61,714 bases of DNA. It comes from Pedosphaera sp. Lineage in GTDB: Bacteria; Verrucomicrobiota; Verrucomicrobiia; Limisphaerales; SIBH01. Shown one piece after another: positions 48,250-56,982 of this stretch. Both the position numbers and the translations under genes were made by a program. The number at the start of each line of letters is the position of its first letter. The first letter of the stretch is position 1. A model generated the notes under the pieces. It made no database searches. It was given only the letters and a program-made list of their open reading frames with translations, and had not been told where the DNA came from. The stretch spans positions 1-61,714 of the forward strand of contig JANOQV010000288.1 of the NCBI GenBank assembly GCA_031414955.1. The letters are read 5' to 3'.

Positions 48250-48435
48250 ATGAGCGAGGAGCCATCTTCAGAAACAAATCCGAGAGTCACGGCCAAAGGG
48301 CTTGATAGTGAATCGCCCAAGCAACGCATGAGCATGGATAAGTTTTTCGAATGGAACCAACGTGAATTGCAGCGGCTCTATCCCGACGGCAATTATCCCA
48401 GAGCTCAACCGTGTCCAGTTCCCTTCGAAATGTGA
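48250..48435 (+). CDS. Small hypothetical protein in a lower-GC insert
   Basis: 61-aa ORF ending PCPVPFEM; its stop overlaps the RLP ATG (TGATG). Confidence 0.4.
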   Translation: MSEEPSSETNPRVTAKGLDSESPKQRMSMDKFFEWNQRELQRLYPDGNYPRAQPCPVPFEM

Positions 48436-49853
48436 TGAATCTTTCGCCGTCCGCCCTCCAATCCCTCTGGCACGACTTCGACGCGCGTGAGGAACTGCTG
48501 CGTCGCATCGTCACCGAACGGCTCGCCGCTTCGCCGGCCCCTCAGCTCAACGACGCCATCGTTGCCACCTACTTCTTCGCCCTCCGTTCCTGGTCGTTGG
48601 AACATGCGGCCAAGGAAATCAGCTATCACGCCACCAGCGGGACGAAGGATGTTCCGCCCGGCTCTTTGCTGGAGCAATGCACCGGCAAACTCGTGGGCGT
48701 GGATGCGTGGGACAGCACCGGGCGTCTCGGGCTGCTCCACGTTGCGTTTCCCCTCAAGATGCTGCTCCAGGGCGACGGGCATCTGACCTCGACGGACCTG
48801 CTGCACACGGCGGCGGGCGCGATTCTCTTCGACGTGTATGAGAACCAGGACGCGCGGCTGATCGGCTTGCAGATTCCCGACCGGGTCATCCGCGCCTTCC
48901 CCGGCCCGGCCCACGGCCCGGCCGGCGTGCGGGCGCTGACGAACTGGCCGGCGGACGCGCCGATGTTCGGCACGATTCTCAAACCCACCGCCGGCATCAC
49001 CGCTGATGACGTGGGTCGGCTCATGAACGACGTGGCGGCCTGCCCGCTGTTCTGCTTCGTGAAGGAGGATGAGAACCTCTATCCACGCCTCGACTACTCG
49101 CCGGCCGGCGAGCGCACTCGGCGTGCGGTTGACGCCATCAAGCGTGCGCAAGACCAGCGCGGCGGGCGCGGGCTGATTTTCTCCCCGCACATCACCTGCG
49201 CGCCGCATGAGATGCTTGAAACCCTGAACGCCGTGCTAGAAGCCGGGGCCACCGGCGCGATGTTCAGCGAATCGTTTGCGGGCGGAGCCGTGCGCATGGT
49301 CCGCGAGGCGACGAAGCATCTGCCCAAGCCGCCGACCATTTACGGCCACAACGCCGGCATCGGCGTGAAGACCCGCAGCATCTTCCGCGAAGTGATTGAT
49401 CTGCTCGCGCGCCTGGATGGAATTGATTTCCGCCAGACCGCGCCGGTGCGGCCGGGCACGCCGTTCCTGAAACCGTACGGACTCGAATGGGAAGCCAGCG
49501 AGCGCACGCTCTCCATGCCTTTGCCCGGAATCAAGCACACGACCATCGTGCGGGCCGGTGCGCTCGATCAGGGCAACATCAGCCTGAACCTGGCCGATGC
49601 CGAGCGGCGCGGCCTCAGTGACGGCGTGATGTTCCTCGCCGGCTCGGCCATCAATTCGATCAAGGACGCGCGCGGCAAGCCGAATCCAAAGCTTGGGGCG
49701 GAAGCGATGGAACAAGCCATCGAAGTGCATCGCGGTGGCGAACTGAGCGGAGTGCCGGCCGAAGAACACACGCGCAGCTTGTGCGCGCTGGCGGAACAGA
49801 AAAAGCTGACTGCTTTGCGCGAGGCGCTCAGGCAGCGGTATCCGGAATACTGA
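48435..49853 (+). CDS. RuBisCO-like protein (form IV RLP), divergent
   Basis: FPGPAHG..GVR, GTILKP, FVKEDENL (carbamylated Lys/Mg motif), GHNAG, LARLDG.D, AGSAI. Confidence 0.85.
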   Translation: MNLSPSALQSLWHDFDAREELLRRIVTERLAASPAPQLNDAIVATYFFALRSWSLEHAAKEISYHATSGTKDVPPGSLLEQCTGKLVGVDAWDSTGRLGLLHVAFPLKMLLQGDGHLTSTDLLHTAAGAILFDVYENQDARLIGLQIPDRVIRAFPGPAHGPAGVRALTNWPADAPMFGTILKPTAGITADDVGRLMNDVAACPLFCFVKEDENLYPRLDYSPAGERTRRAVDAIKRAQDQRGGRGLIFSPHITCAPHEMLETLNAVLEAGATGAMFSESFAGGAVRMVREATKHLPKPPTIYGHNAGIGVKTRSIFREVIDLLARLDGIDFRQTAPVRPGTPFLKPYGLEWEASERTLSMPLPGIKHTTIVRAGALDQGNISLNLADAERRGLSDGVMFLAGSAINSIKDARGKPNPKLGAEAMEQAIEVHRGGELSGVPAEEHTRSLCALAEQKKLTALREALRQRYPEY

Positions 49854-49874
49854 TGGACAAGTTTCAATCAAACG

Positions 49875-49971
49875 CGAGACCGGAAAGTCTCGCCATCGGC
49901 CGGCTGGCAAGCCGGCGTTACGGCGTAGCGCCGGCTTTCCAGCCGGCCGGTAGGGACACTTTCCAGTGTCC
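49875..49971. repeat. Two family-C REP-like units in inverted orientation
   Basis: 49875-49921 CGAGACCGGAAAGTCTCG..GCCGGCTGGCAAGCCGGCGTTAC and 49925-49971 GTAGCGCCGGCTTTCCAGCCGGC..GGACACTTTCCAGTGTCC. Confidence 0.85.
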
Positions 49972-49992
49972 AGTTCCGAGCCGCCAGGCCGT

Positions 49993-51066
49993 ATGAAAAA
50001 AGACTCCCGCCTCCTCCGCCTCGGCATTCTCGGCTGCGGGCCGATTGCCCAAATCGCGCACTTCGACGCCTGCCGCAAGGCGCGCAACGCCGAGTTGTAT
50101 GCCATCTGCGATCTCGCCGACGATCTGCGTGAGAAGATGACCGCCATCCATGAACCACGCGTGGTTTATCGCAGCTACGACGAGATGCTCGCCGACCCGC
50201 AGGTGGAAGCTGTCATCATCGGCGTGGCAGACCAGTATCATGTGCCGCTGGCCTTGAAGGCGATTGCGGCGGGCAAGCATGTGCTGCTGGAGAAACCGCT
50301 CGGCGTGAACGTCGAGGAAGGCGAGCGACTGCGCGCCACTGTTCACGCTTCCAAAGTCACGCTGCAAGTCGGCAACAACCGCCGCTTCGATCCCGGCATC
50401 GCCTTCGCGCGGAAGTTCATCCAGGAGGAAATCGGCCAGGTCATCGCGCTCAAGGCTTGGTATTGCGACTCCACCCATCGCTACACGATGACGGACAATC
50501 TCCAGCCCATCGTCCGCCAGAGCGCGAATGCGAAACGTCCCGAGGGCAATCCCAAGGCGGACCGGCGCCGTTACTTCATCCTCACCCACGCCAGTCACTT
50601 GGTGGATACGGCGCGGTTTTTTGGCGGGGAAATCATCAGCGTGCGCGCCCGGCTCTCCGAGAAGTGCGGCGCGTTCACCTGGTTCATCGAAGTGGAATAC
50701 GCCAGCGGCGCGCTCGGCCATCTCGACCTCACGATTCCGGTGCGCGGCGACTTCGAGGAGGGATTTCAAATCTACGGCGAGCACGGCAGCGTGAAGGGGC
50801 AGGTCTTCCTGCCGTGGTATCACAAGAGCAGCGTGGTCGAGTGCTTCTCGGAGAAGGACCGCCAGTTCCATCGCCCGCTCGGCGAGGATGCCCACACCTA
50901 CAAGCTCCAGATCGAGGGCTTCGCCGACACTATTCTTCACGGCCAACCGCAGCACGGCGCGAACGTGGACGACGGCGTGGCCGCGATGCGGGCGTTGGTG
51001 GCGATTGCGCGCAGTGTCGAGAGCGGCGGGGCGGTGAGGCTGGCCGAGGTGGAGGGGGCGGTGTGA
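49993..51066 (+). CDS. Gfo/Idh/MocA-family oxidoreductase
   Basis: LGILGCGPIA, AGKHVLLEKP, NRRFDP, H..D. Confidence 0.92.
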   Translation: MKKDSRLLRLGILGCGPIAQIAHFDACRKARNAELYAICDLADDLREKMTAIHEPRVVYRSYDEMLADPQVEAVIIGVADQYHVPLALKAIAAGKHVLLEKPLGVNVEEGERLRATVHASKVTLQVGNNRRFDPGIAFARKFIQEEIGQVIALKAWYCDSTHRYTMTDNLQPIVRQSANAKRPEGNPKADRRRYFILTHASHLVDTARFFGGEIISVRARLSEKCGAFTWFIEVEYASGALGHLDLTIPVRGDFEEGFQIYGEHGSVKGQVFLPWYHKSSVVECFSEKDRQFHRPLGEDAHTYKLQIEGFADTILHGQPQHGANVDDGVAAMRALVAIARSVESGGAVRLAEVEGAV

Positions 51067-51068
51067 GG

Positions 51069-51206
51069 AAAATCCAAATCCCAAATCCCAAATCCCAAAT
51101 AAACTCCAAACTCCAAGTTCCAAAAGGCTGCGCGCCGACGGGCTGGGAGCTTGAAGGTTGGAATTTGAAATTTGTTTGGGATTTGGAGTTTGGAGTTTGG
51201 AATTTG
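51069..51206. repeat. Inverted heptamer-repeat element (AAATCCC)n ... (TTTGGAG/TTTGGGA)n
   Basis: Read directly; can form a long imperfect hairpin and fills the intergenic gap. Confidence 0.85.
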
Positions 51207-51211
51207 TAGCC

Positions 51212-52042
51212 ATGCACCTCGGCATCTTCGCCAAAACTTTCCCGCGCCCGTCGTTTGCCGAAACTCTCGACGCCGTCGCGTCGCACGGATTGCGCTGCAT
51301 TCACTTCAACTTCACCAGCCTCGGCCTGCCGACGATGCCGGAGCGGGTGGAGCCACAGGTGATCGCCGGTATCCGCGAGGCTTGCGTGGCGCGTGACATC
51401 GGCATCGCGGGCGTCTCGGGCACCTTCAACCTGATCGACCCGGACGTTTCGAGCCGGCGCGATCGGCTGGCCCGGCTGCCGGTGCTGGCCCAGGCCACGC
51501 GCGAGTTGGGCTGCGAACTCATCACTCTCTGCACGGGCACGCGCGACCCGGAGGACATGTGGCGTGACCATCGCGATAACACCTCACCGGGCGCGTGGCG
51601 CGATTTGTTGCACAGCATGGAGCAGGCGATTGGCGTGGCCGAGCAGCATGGCATCGTGCTCGGAGTCGAGCCGGAGACGGGCAACGTGGTCAGTTCGGCG
51701 CGCAAAGCCCGGCAGCTTCTCGATGAACTGCACTGTTCGCGCGTGAAGGTTGTGATCGATCCGGCGAACCTGTTTCATGCCGGGCGGGTCGAACGCATCC
51801 GCGAAACCATGGAAGAGGCTTTTCAATTGCTCGGCACGGACATCGTGATGGCGCACGCCAAGGAACTGCCGCCCCACGGCGCGAGCGGCAGCCTGGCGCC
51901 GGGACGCGGCGTGATTGATTGGAACTACTACTTCGGCGTGCTGGCCCGAATGGATTTTCGCGGCGCGATGATCCTGCACGGCCTCTCCGAGGCGGATGTG
52001 TCGCCGGGCGTCCAGTTCCTCCGTTCCAAACTCGGCGACTGA
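51212..52042 (+). CDS. Sugar phosphate isomerase/epimerase (xylose-isomerase-like TIM barrel)
   Basis: LGVEPE..N, DPANL, MAHAKE, PGRG.IDW. Confidence 0.88.
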   Translation: MHLGIFAKTFPRPSFAETLDAVASHGLRCIHFNFTSLGLPTMPERVEPQVIAGIREACVARDIGIAGVSGTFNLIDPDVSSRRDRLARLPVLAQATRELGCELITLCTGTRDPEDMWRDHRDNTSPGAWRDLLHSMEQAIGVAEQHGIVLGVEPETGNVVSSARKARQLLDELHCSRVKVVIDPANLFHAGRVERIRETMEEAFQLLGTDIVMAHAKELPPHGASGSLAPGRGVIDWNYYFGVLARMDFRGAMILHGLSEADVSPGVQFLRSKLGD

Positions 52043-52043
52043 C

Positions 52044-52850
52044 ATGCCCTTCTTTGAGCACGACGGGATTCGATTTCATTACCGCGACAGCGGGGCCGGT
52101 CTGCCGTTTGTGTTTCAACACGGCTTGGGCGCGGACTTGAACCAGACCTTCGACTTGTTCCGTCCACCGCCCGGGGTGCGGTTGCTGGCCTTCGATTGCC
52201 GCGCGCATGGCGAGACGCGTCCGGTTGGTCCCGAGGACAAGGTGTCCGTCGAGCAGTCCACGGAAGATCTGGGCGCGTTCCTCGATGCACTCGGGATCGA
52301 AGGCGCGGTGGTCGGCGGCATCTCGATGGGCGCGGCCATCGCGCTGCGCTTCGCGCTGGAACATCCGGCGCGCGTGCTCGGCCTGGTGCTCTCACGCCCG
52401 GCCTGGCTGGACGAATCGCGCGCGGACGGCATGAAGGTGTTTTCCATCATCGCCGAGTTCATCCGCCAGCATGGCGCTTGGGAAGGCGCGAAGCGTTACC
52501 AGGACACCAAGGCCTATCAGCAGGTGCGCGCGACTTCACCGGACAATGCCAAGTCGCTGCTCGGCCAGTTCGCCGGGCCGCGCGCCGACGAGACGGTGGC
52601 CAAGCTGGAACGCATTCCGAAATACGTTCCATCCCACACCCGCGCGGACTGGCGGCGCATCAACGTGCCGACGCTCGTACTGGCCAACCGGCAGGATGAA
52701 ATCCATCCGTTCGAGTTCGGCGAAGTGCTGGCGCGGGAGATTCCCGGCGCACAATTCGTCGAGCTGACGCCCAAGGCGGTAAGCCTGGCGCGGCACGGCG
52801 AAGACGTGCAGCGGGCGCTGGCGGATTTTTTGGCCAGGCTTCCTGGTTGA
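52044..52850 (+). CDS. Alpha/beta hydrolase (candidate lactonase/esterase)
   Basis: FQHGLG, DCRAHG, GISMG, PTLVL...D..HP. Confidence 0.85.
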   Translation: MPFFEHDGIRFHYRDSGAGLPFVFQHGLGADLNQTFDLFRPPPGVRLLAFDCRAHGETRPVGPEDKVSVEQSTEDLGAFLDALGIEGAVVGGISMGAAIALRFALEHPARVLGLVLSRPAWLDESRADGMKVFSIIAEFIRQHGAWEGAKRYQDTKAYQQVRATSPDNAKSLLGQFAGPRADETVAKLERIPKYVPSHTRADWRRINVPTLVLANRQDEIHPFEFGEVLAREIPGAQFVELTPKAVSLARHGEDVQRALADFLARLPG

Positions 52851-52923
52851 AGGTCCAAGGGTGATTCGTGATTGGGATTGCGCGGTTGTCACGGATTCAC
52901 GATTCACGTATCACGTCCGCCGA

Positions 52924-53574
52924 ATGGTCAAATGTTCCACCTCACTCTGGTCCGCTGACTTGGCGAACCTCGGCGCGGAGATGCGCCGCGTCGAGCCGTT
53001 CAGCGAACGGTTCCACATCGATGTCGCCGACGGGCATTACGTTCACAACCTGCTGTTCTTCCCCGATCAAGTGAAGACGCTGCGGGCGCACAGCAAGCTG
53101 CCCTTCGAGGTCCACCTGATGTGTACCGACCCGTTGACCTGGATTGATCCATTCGTCGAGGCGGGCGCGGACATCATCATCTTCTGCCTGGATTCGGCGA
53201 AGAATCCGGGCGAGGTGCTGCGCGCGATCCAGTCGCACGGCAAGCAGGCCGGCGTGTCGCTGCTCATCACCGAAGGGCTGGAACTGGTCGAGCCGCATTG
53301 GAATGGCCTTGATGTGCTCTGCCTCGTCGGCACGGCCATGGGCATCAAGGGCGCATCCATGGACTCGGGCGTGCCGGGGAAGATTCGCGCGGCGCGGCGG
53401 CTGATCGATGAACGCGGGTTGAAGACGGTGATCGAGGCGGACGGCGGCATTCGTCGAGAAACTGTTCCGCTCATGGCAGCCGCCGGGGTGGATTACATCG
53501 TGCCTGGTTCACTGATCTTCAAAGAAAATCCCCCGGAGATGCGGAAGTGGCTGGCGACTTTGAAGCGCGACTGA
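52924..53574 (+). CDS. rpe: Ribulose-phosphate 3-epimerase-family protein
   Basis: S...AD..NL, HIDVADGHYV, EVHLM, IEADGGI, VPGS.IF. Confidence 0.85.
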   Translation: MVKCSTSLWSADLANLGAEMRRVEPFSERFHIDVADGHYVHNLLFFPDQVKTLRAHSKLPFEVHLMCTDPLTWIDPFVEAGADIIIFCLDSAKNPGEVLRAIQSHGKQAGVSLLITEGLELVEPHWNGLDVLCLVGTAMGIKGASMDSGVPGKIRAARRLIDERGLKTVIEADGGIRRETVPLMAAAGVDYIVPGSLIFKENPPEMRKWLATLKRD

Positions 53575-53577
53575 TTC

Positions 53578-54498
53578 ATGGCCCGGCGTAAACAGTTTGA
53601 CGTCCTCGGGCTCGGCTGCGCGGCGGTGGATGAGATCCTCTACGTCGATCAATACCCGCGCGCCGACGCCAAGATTCGGGTGTTGCGACGCGAGCGGCAC
53701 TGCGGCGGGTTGACGGCGACCGCGCTCGTGGCTGCGGCCCGGCTCGGGGCGAAGTGTGCGTTTGCCGGCACGCTTGGCTTCGACGAAGCCTCCACCTTCG
53801 TCCTCGAAACCTTGCGCCGCGAAGGCGTCGATGTGCAGCACGTCGTGCGTCGCCATGAGTCCGGCCCAGTGCGTTCGGTCATTGTCGTCGATGAGCGCCG
53901 TGGCACGCGCAATGTGTTTGCCAGCCTGGAAGGCGTGCGCGGTGCGGATGCGAAACTGCCTGCCCACCAAGTCATCGAATCCTCGCGCGTATTGCTCATC
54001 GATCACTTTGGCATCGCGGGGAACATCCGGGCGGCGCGCATCGCGCGGCGGGCCGGAATTCCGATCGTGTCTGATTTGGAGAATGGTGAAGGACCGCGAT
54101 TCAACGAACTGCTGGGGCTGGTGGACCACCTGATCTTTTCCCGGCGCATGGCGATGGACTTGTCAGGCGAGAAGGAACCGCGCCGTGCTGTGACCCGCCT
54201 GGCCGTCGCGGGCCGGGCGGCGGTCATTGTCACTTGCGGGAAGCGCGGCGCATGGTTTGTGGAGCACGGCCAGAAGCCCCGGCACTGCCCGGCCTTCCCG
54301 GTCAAAGCCGTGGACACCACGGGCTGCGGCGATGTGTTTCACGGTGCCTATGCGGCGGCGCTGGCGCGAGGCGAGGCACTGGAAGCGTGCATCCGTTTCG
54401 CGGCGGCAGCGGCGGCGCTGAAGGCGACCGGGCACGGCGGTCAGACCGGCATTCCCACTCGCGCGGCGGTGGAGAAACTTTTACGGCGGCACGGCTGA
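53578..54498 (+). CDS. PfkB/ribokinase-family sugar kinase
   Basis: GG..ATALVAAARLG, VTCGKRG, VDTTGCGDVFHG. Confidence 0.92.
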   Translation: MARRKQFDVLGLGCAAVDEILYVDQYPRADAKIRVLRRERHCGGLTATALVAAARLGAKCAFAGTLGFDEASTFVLETLRREGVDVQHVVRRHESGPVRSVIVVDERRGTRNVFASLEGVRGADAKLPAHQVIESSRVLLIDHFGIAGNIRAARIARRAGIPIVSDLENGEGPRFNELLGLVDHLIFSRRMAMDLSGEKEPRRAVTRLAVAGRAAVIVTCGKRGAWFVEHGQKPRHCPAFPVKAVDTTGCGDVFHGAYAAALARGEALEACIRFAAAAAALKATGHGGQTGIPTRAAVEKLLRRHG

Positions 54499-54570
54499 CC
54501 CGGGGCGTGCCCGAGGACGGGGATAATGAACTTGCGCCTCCGTGCTCATCTGTTTACCTCTGCGCGCGTG

Positions 54571-56796
54571 ATGAAGTGCCGCCTGCTCCTTGGCCTGTTT
54601 GCTTTCCTGTGCTGTCTGGCAGCGCAGGCCCAGGATACCAACGGTCCGATTAACATCGAGGGGGAGACCGGAGAATTTGATCGCGCCACCGGCCTCATTA
54701 CTTACCGCAATCACATCAACATCAATTACGGCCAGTCCGTGCTCAATGCTGACTTGCTGAAAGTGAACATGAAGACCAGCGAGGTCTTCGCCGAAGGCAA
54801 CGTGATCTTCCAGAGCGAAGGCGGACGCCTCTGGCGCGGGGACAAACTCACTTATAATTTCAAGACCAAAGTCATCACCGGCGATACTTTCCGGGCCGGA
54901 CAGCCGCCCTATTTCATCAGTGGCGATCATCTCCTTACCAACCCGACCAACCAGACCTACACCACGACCAACGCCTATTTCTCCACCGACGACAACGCCC
55001 GCCCCAACTACCGCATCCGCGCCCGCAAAGTCGTCATCATCCCCGGCCAGATGATCGAGGCCCAGCACGCCACGCTCTACCTCGGCGATGTGCCCGTCTT
55101 TTACTTCCCGTATTACAAGCGGTCCCTCGGGCGGCATCCGAACAACTTCGAGTTCCTCGCCGGCTATCGCAGTGAGTGGGGGCCGTATCTGCTCAACACC
55201 TACAACTGGTACTGGAACGAACGTCTCCACGGCGGACTGCACCTCGACCTGCGCGGTCAGCGTGGCCTCGGGGGGGGGGCGGGCATCCGCCTGCAGGATC
55301 CGACCCTGGGAGATGCCCTCTTCCGCTACTATTACGCCCACGACTTGAATCCGCGCGAAGTGGATGGCTTCCCCAAGCCGCCCGCCGACCGCCAGCGCGT
55401 GCTCTTCGAGTACGAGAAGATGATGCGCACCAACCTGACCGTGAAAAGCGCCGTCGCCTATCAGAGCGACCCCTTCATCGTGCGCGACTTCTTCGAGTCG
55501 GAATATCACGACAGCGTCCAGCCCAAGTCCTTCGCCGAGGTCAACCGGCAGTGGCCGAACTGGAACCTGAACACGCTCGCCCAATTCCGGGTGAACGATT
55601 TCGCCGAAACCGTCGAGCGCCTGCCCGACGTGAAGCTCACCGGCCTGCGCCAGCAAGTCGGCCCTACGCCGCTCTATTATGAGAGCGAAAGTTCCATGGG
55701 CTACTTCCGCCATGTCTTCCCCACCGAGACCAATGTTTTCTTCCCTGGCCTGACCAATTCCTTCGGAGCCTTCCGCGCCGACACCTATCATCAGGTCCTG
55801 CTGCCCTGGACGCTCTTTGGCTGGCTCAATGTGACTCCACGCGTCGGCGACCGCCTCACCTACTACAGCCAGGCCAACGAACGCGGCTCCACCACCGACG
55901 AGCAAGCCCGCAACATTTTCAACACCGGGGCCGAAATCACCTTCAAGGCCTCGCGCCTTTATCGTGGCGCCACCAGTCCGCTGCTGGCCGTGGACGGGCT
56001 CCGCCACATCCTCCAGCCTTCGGCCAATTACGCCTTCGTGCCGGAGCCAGATGACCGGCCGCGCGCGCTGCCCCAGTTCGATTCCGAACTGCCCACCAGC
56101 AAACTCCAACCCCTCGACTTTCCGGACTACAACTCCATCGACTCCATCGACAGCCGGCAGGTCGTGCGTCTTGGCCTGCACAACAAATTCCAGACCAAGC
56201 GCGACGGACGGCTCGACAACCTCATCAACTGGAATCTCTACACGGACTGGCGGCTGGAGCAGCACTACGAGACCAAGCTCGATCCCAGCACCCGCCAGCC
56301 CCTCGGTCTCGAGAAGCAAGGCCTCTTCAGCGATGTGTATTCCGAGTTGGATTTCAAACCGCGCACCTGGCTCACCCTCAGCTCTGAGTTGCGCTACAGC
56401 CCGGATCAAAAACTCCTCCGCGAGGCCAACCACACCCTGGCCCTCATGCCCAACGACGTGTGGAGCCTCTCCCTCGGCCACCGGTTCCGCCGCGACACCT
56501 CGGAACTGGGCGTGGGCAACAACCTCATCATTGGCACTTTGTTCTACCGGGTGAACGAGAACTGGGGCGTGCGCATCTCCGAGCACTTCGAGGCGCGCGA
56601 CGGTGTGCTCGAGTACCAGTATTACACCCTCTACCGCGACTTCCGCAGTTGGACCGGAGCACTCACCCTGCGCATTCGCGACAACCGTTCCGGACCAGAC
56701 GATTTCACCGTGGCCTTCGCCCTCTCGCTCAAAGCCTTCCCCCGTTTCGGCGTGGGCGATGACGCGGTGAGGCCAAGCAAGCTGGTGGGGGGGTAA
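54571..56796 (+). CDS. lptD: LPS-assembly outer membrane protein LptD
   Basis: Signal peptide, OstA-like N-domain (AD.L.VN.....AEGNV, GD.LTYNF.T), VPVFYFPY, ERLPD, RHILQP, beta-barrel character. Confidence 0.8.
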   Translation: MKCRLLLGLFAFLCCLAAQAQDTNGPINIEGETGEFDRATGLITYRNHININYGQSVLNADLLKVNMKTSEVFAEGNVIFQSEGGRLWRGDKLTYNFKTKVITGDTFRAGQPPYFISGDHLLTNPTNQTYTTTNAYFSTDDNARPNYRIRARKVVIIPGQMIEAQHATLYLGDVPVFYFPYYKRSLGRHPNNFEFLAGYRSEWGPYLLNTYNWYWNERLHGGLHLDLRGQRGLGGGAGIRLQDPTLGDALFRYYYAHDLNPREVDGFPKPPADRQRVLFEYEKMMRTNLTVKSAVAYQSDPFIVRDFFESEYHDSVQPKSFAEVNRQWPNWNLNTLAQFRVNDFAETVERLPDVKLTGLRQQVGPTPLYYESESSMGYFRHVFPTETNVFFPGLTNSFGAFRADTYHQVLLPWTLFGWLNVTPRVGDRLTYYSQANERGSTTDEQARNIFNTGAEITFKASRLYRGATSPLLAVDGLRHILQPSANYAFVPEPDDRPRALPQFDSELPTSKLQPLDFPDYNSIDSIDSRQVVRLGLHNKFQTKRDGRLDNLINWNLYTDWRLEQHYETKLDPSTRQPLGLEKQGLFSDVYSELDFKPRTWLTLSSELRYSPDQKLLREANHTLALMPNDVWSLSLGHRFRRDTSELGVGNNLIIGTLFYRVNENWGVRISEHFEARDGVLEYQYYTLYRDFRSWTGALTLRIRDNRSGPDDFTVAFALSLKAFPRFGVGDDAVRPSKLVGG

Positions 56797-56982
56797 AGTT
56801 CCCCCTTTTCCGACTGCCGGGTGGGAGGCCGTCGCTCCCAGGGCATGACTCGCGAAACTCGTCCCTCCAAGTGGATTCGCCAGCCGGAGGCAGGCCGCAC
56901 CGGTAACGAACGGGAAAATTCTTCAGCGTCCTATTGATTTGCCGACCTCGCTGCCTATAGTCGCGCCGTTTGAGAAATCATC

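Noticed and set aside
48435..49853. True CO2-fixing RuBisCO / Calvin cycle
   Set aside because: Several carboxylation residues appear substituted, and there is no small subunit or phosphoribulokinase in the window.
55270..55279. G10 homopolymer in lptD as a phase-variation switch
   Set aside because: The frame is intact (it encodes a Gly run) and LptD is normally essential, so ON/OFF switching is unlikely; no read data to test it.
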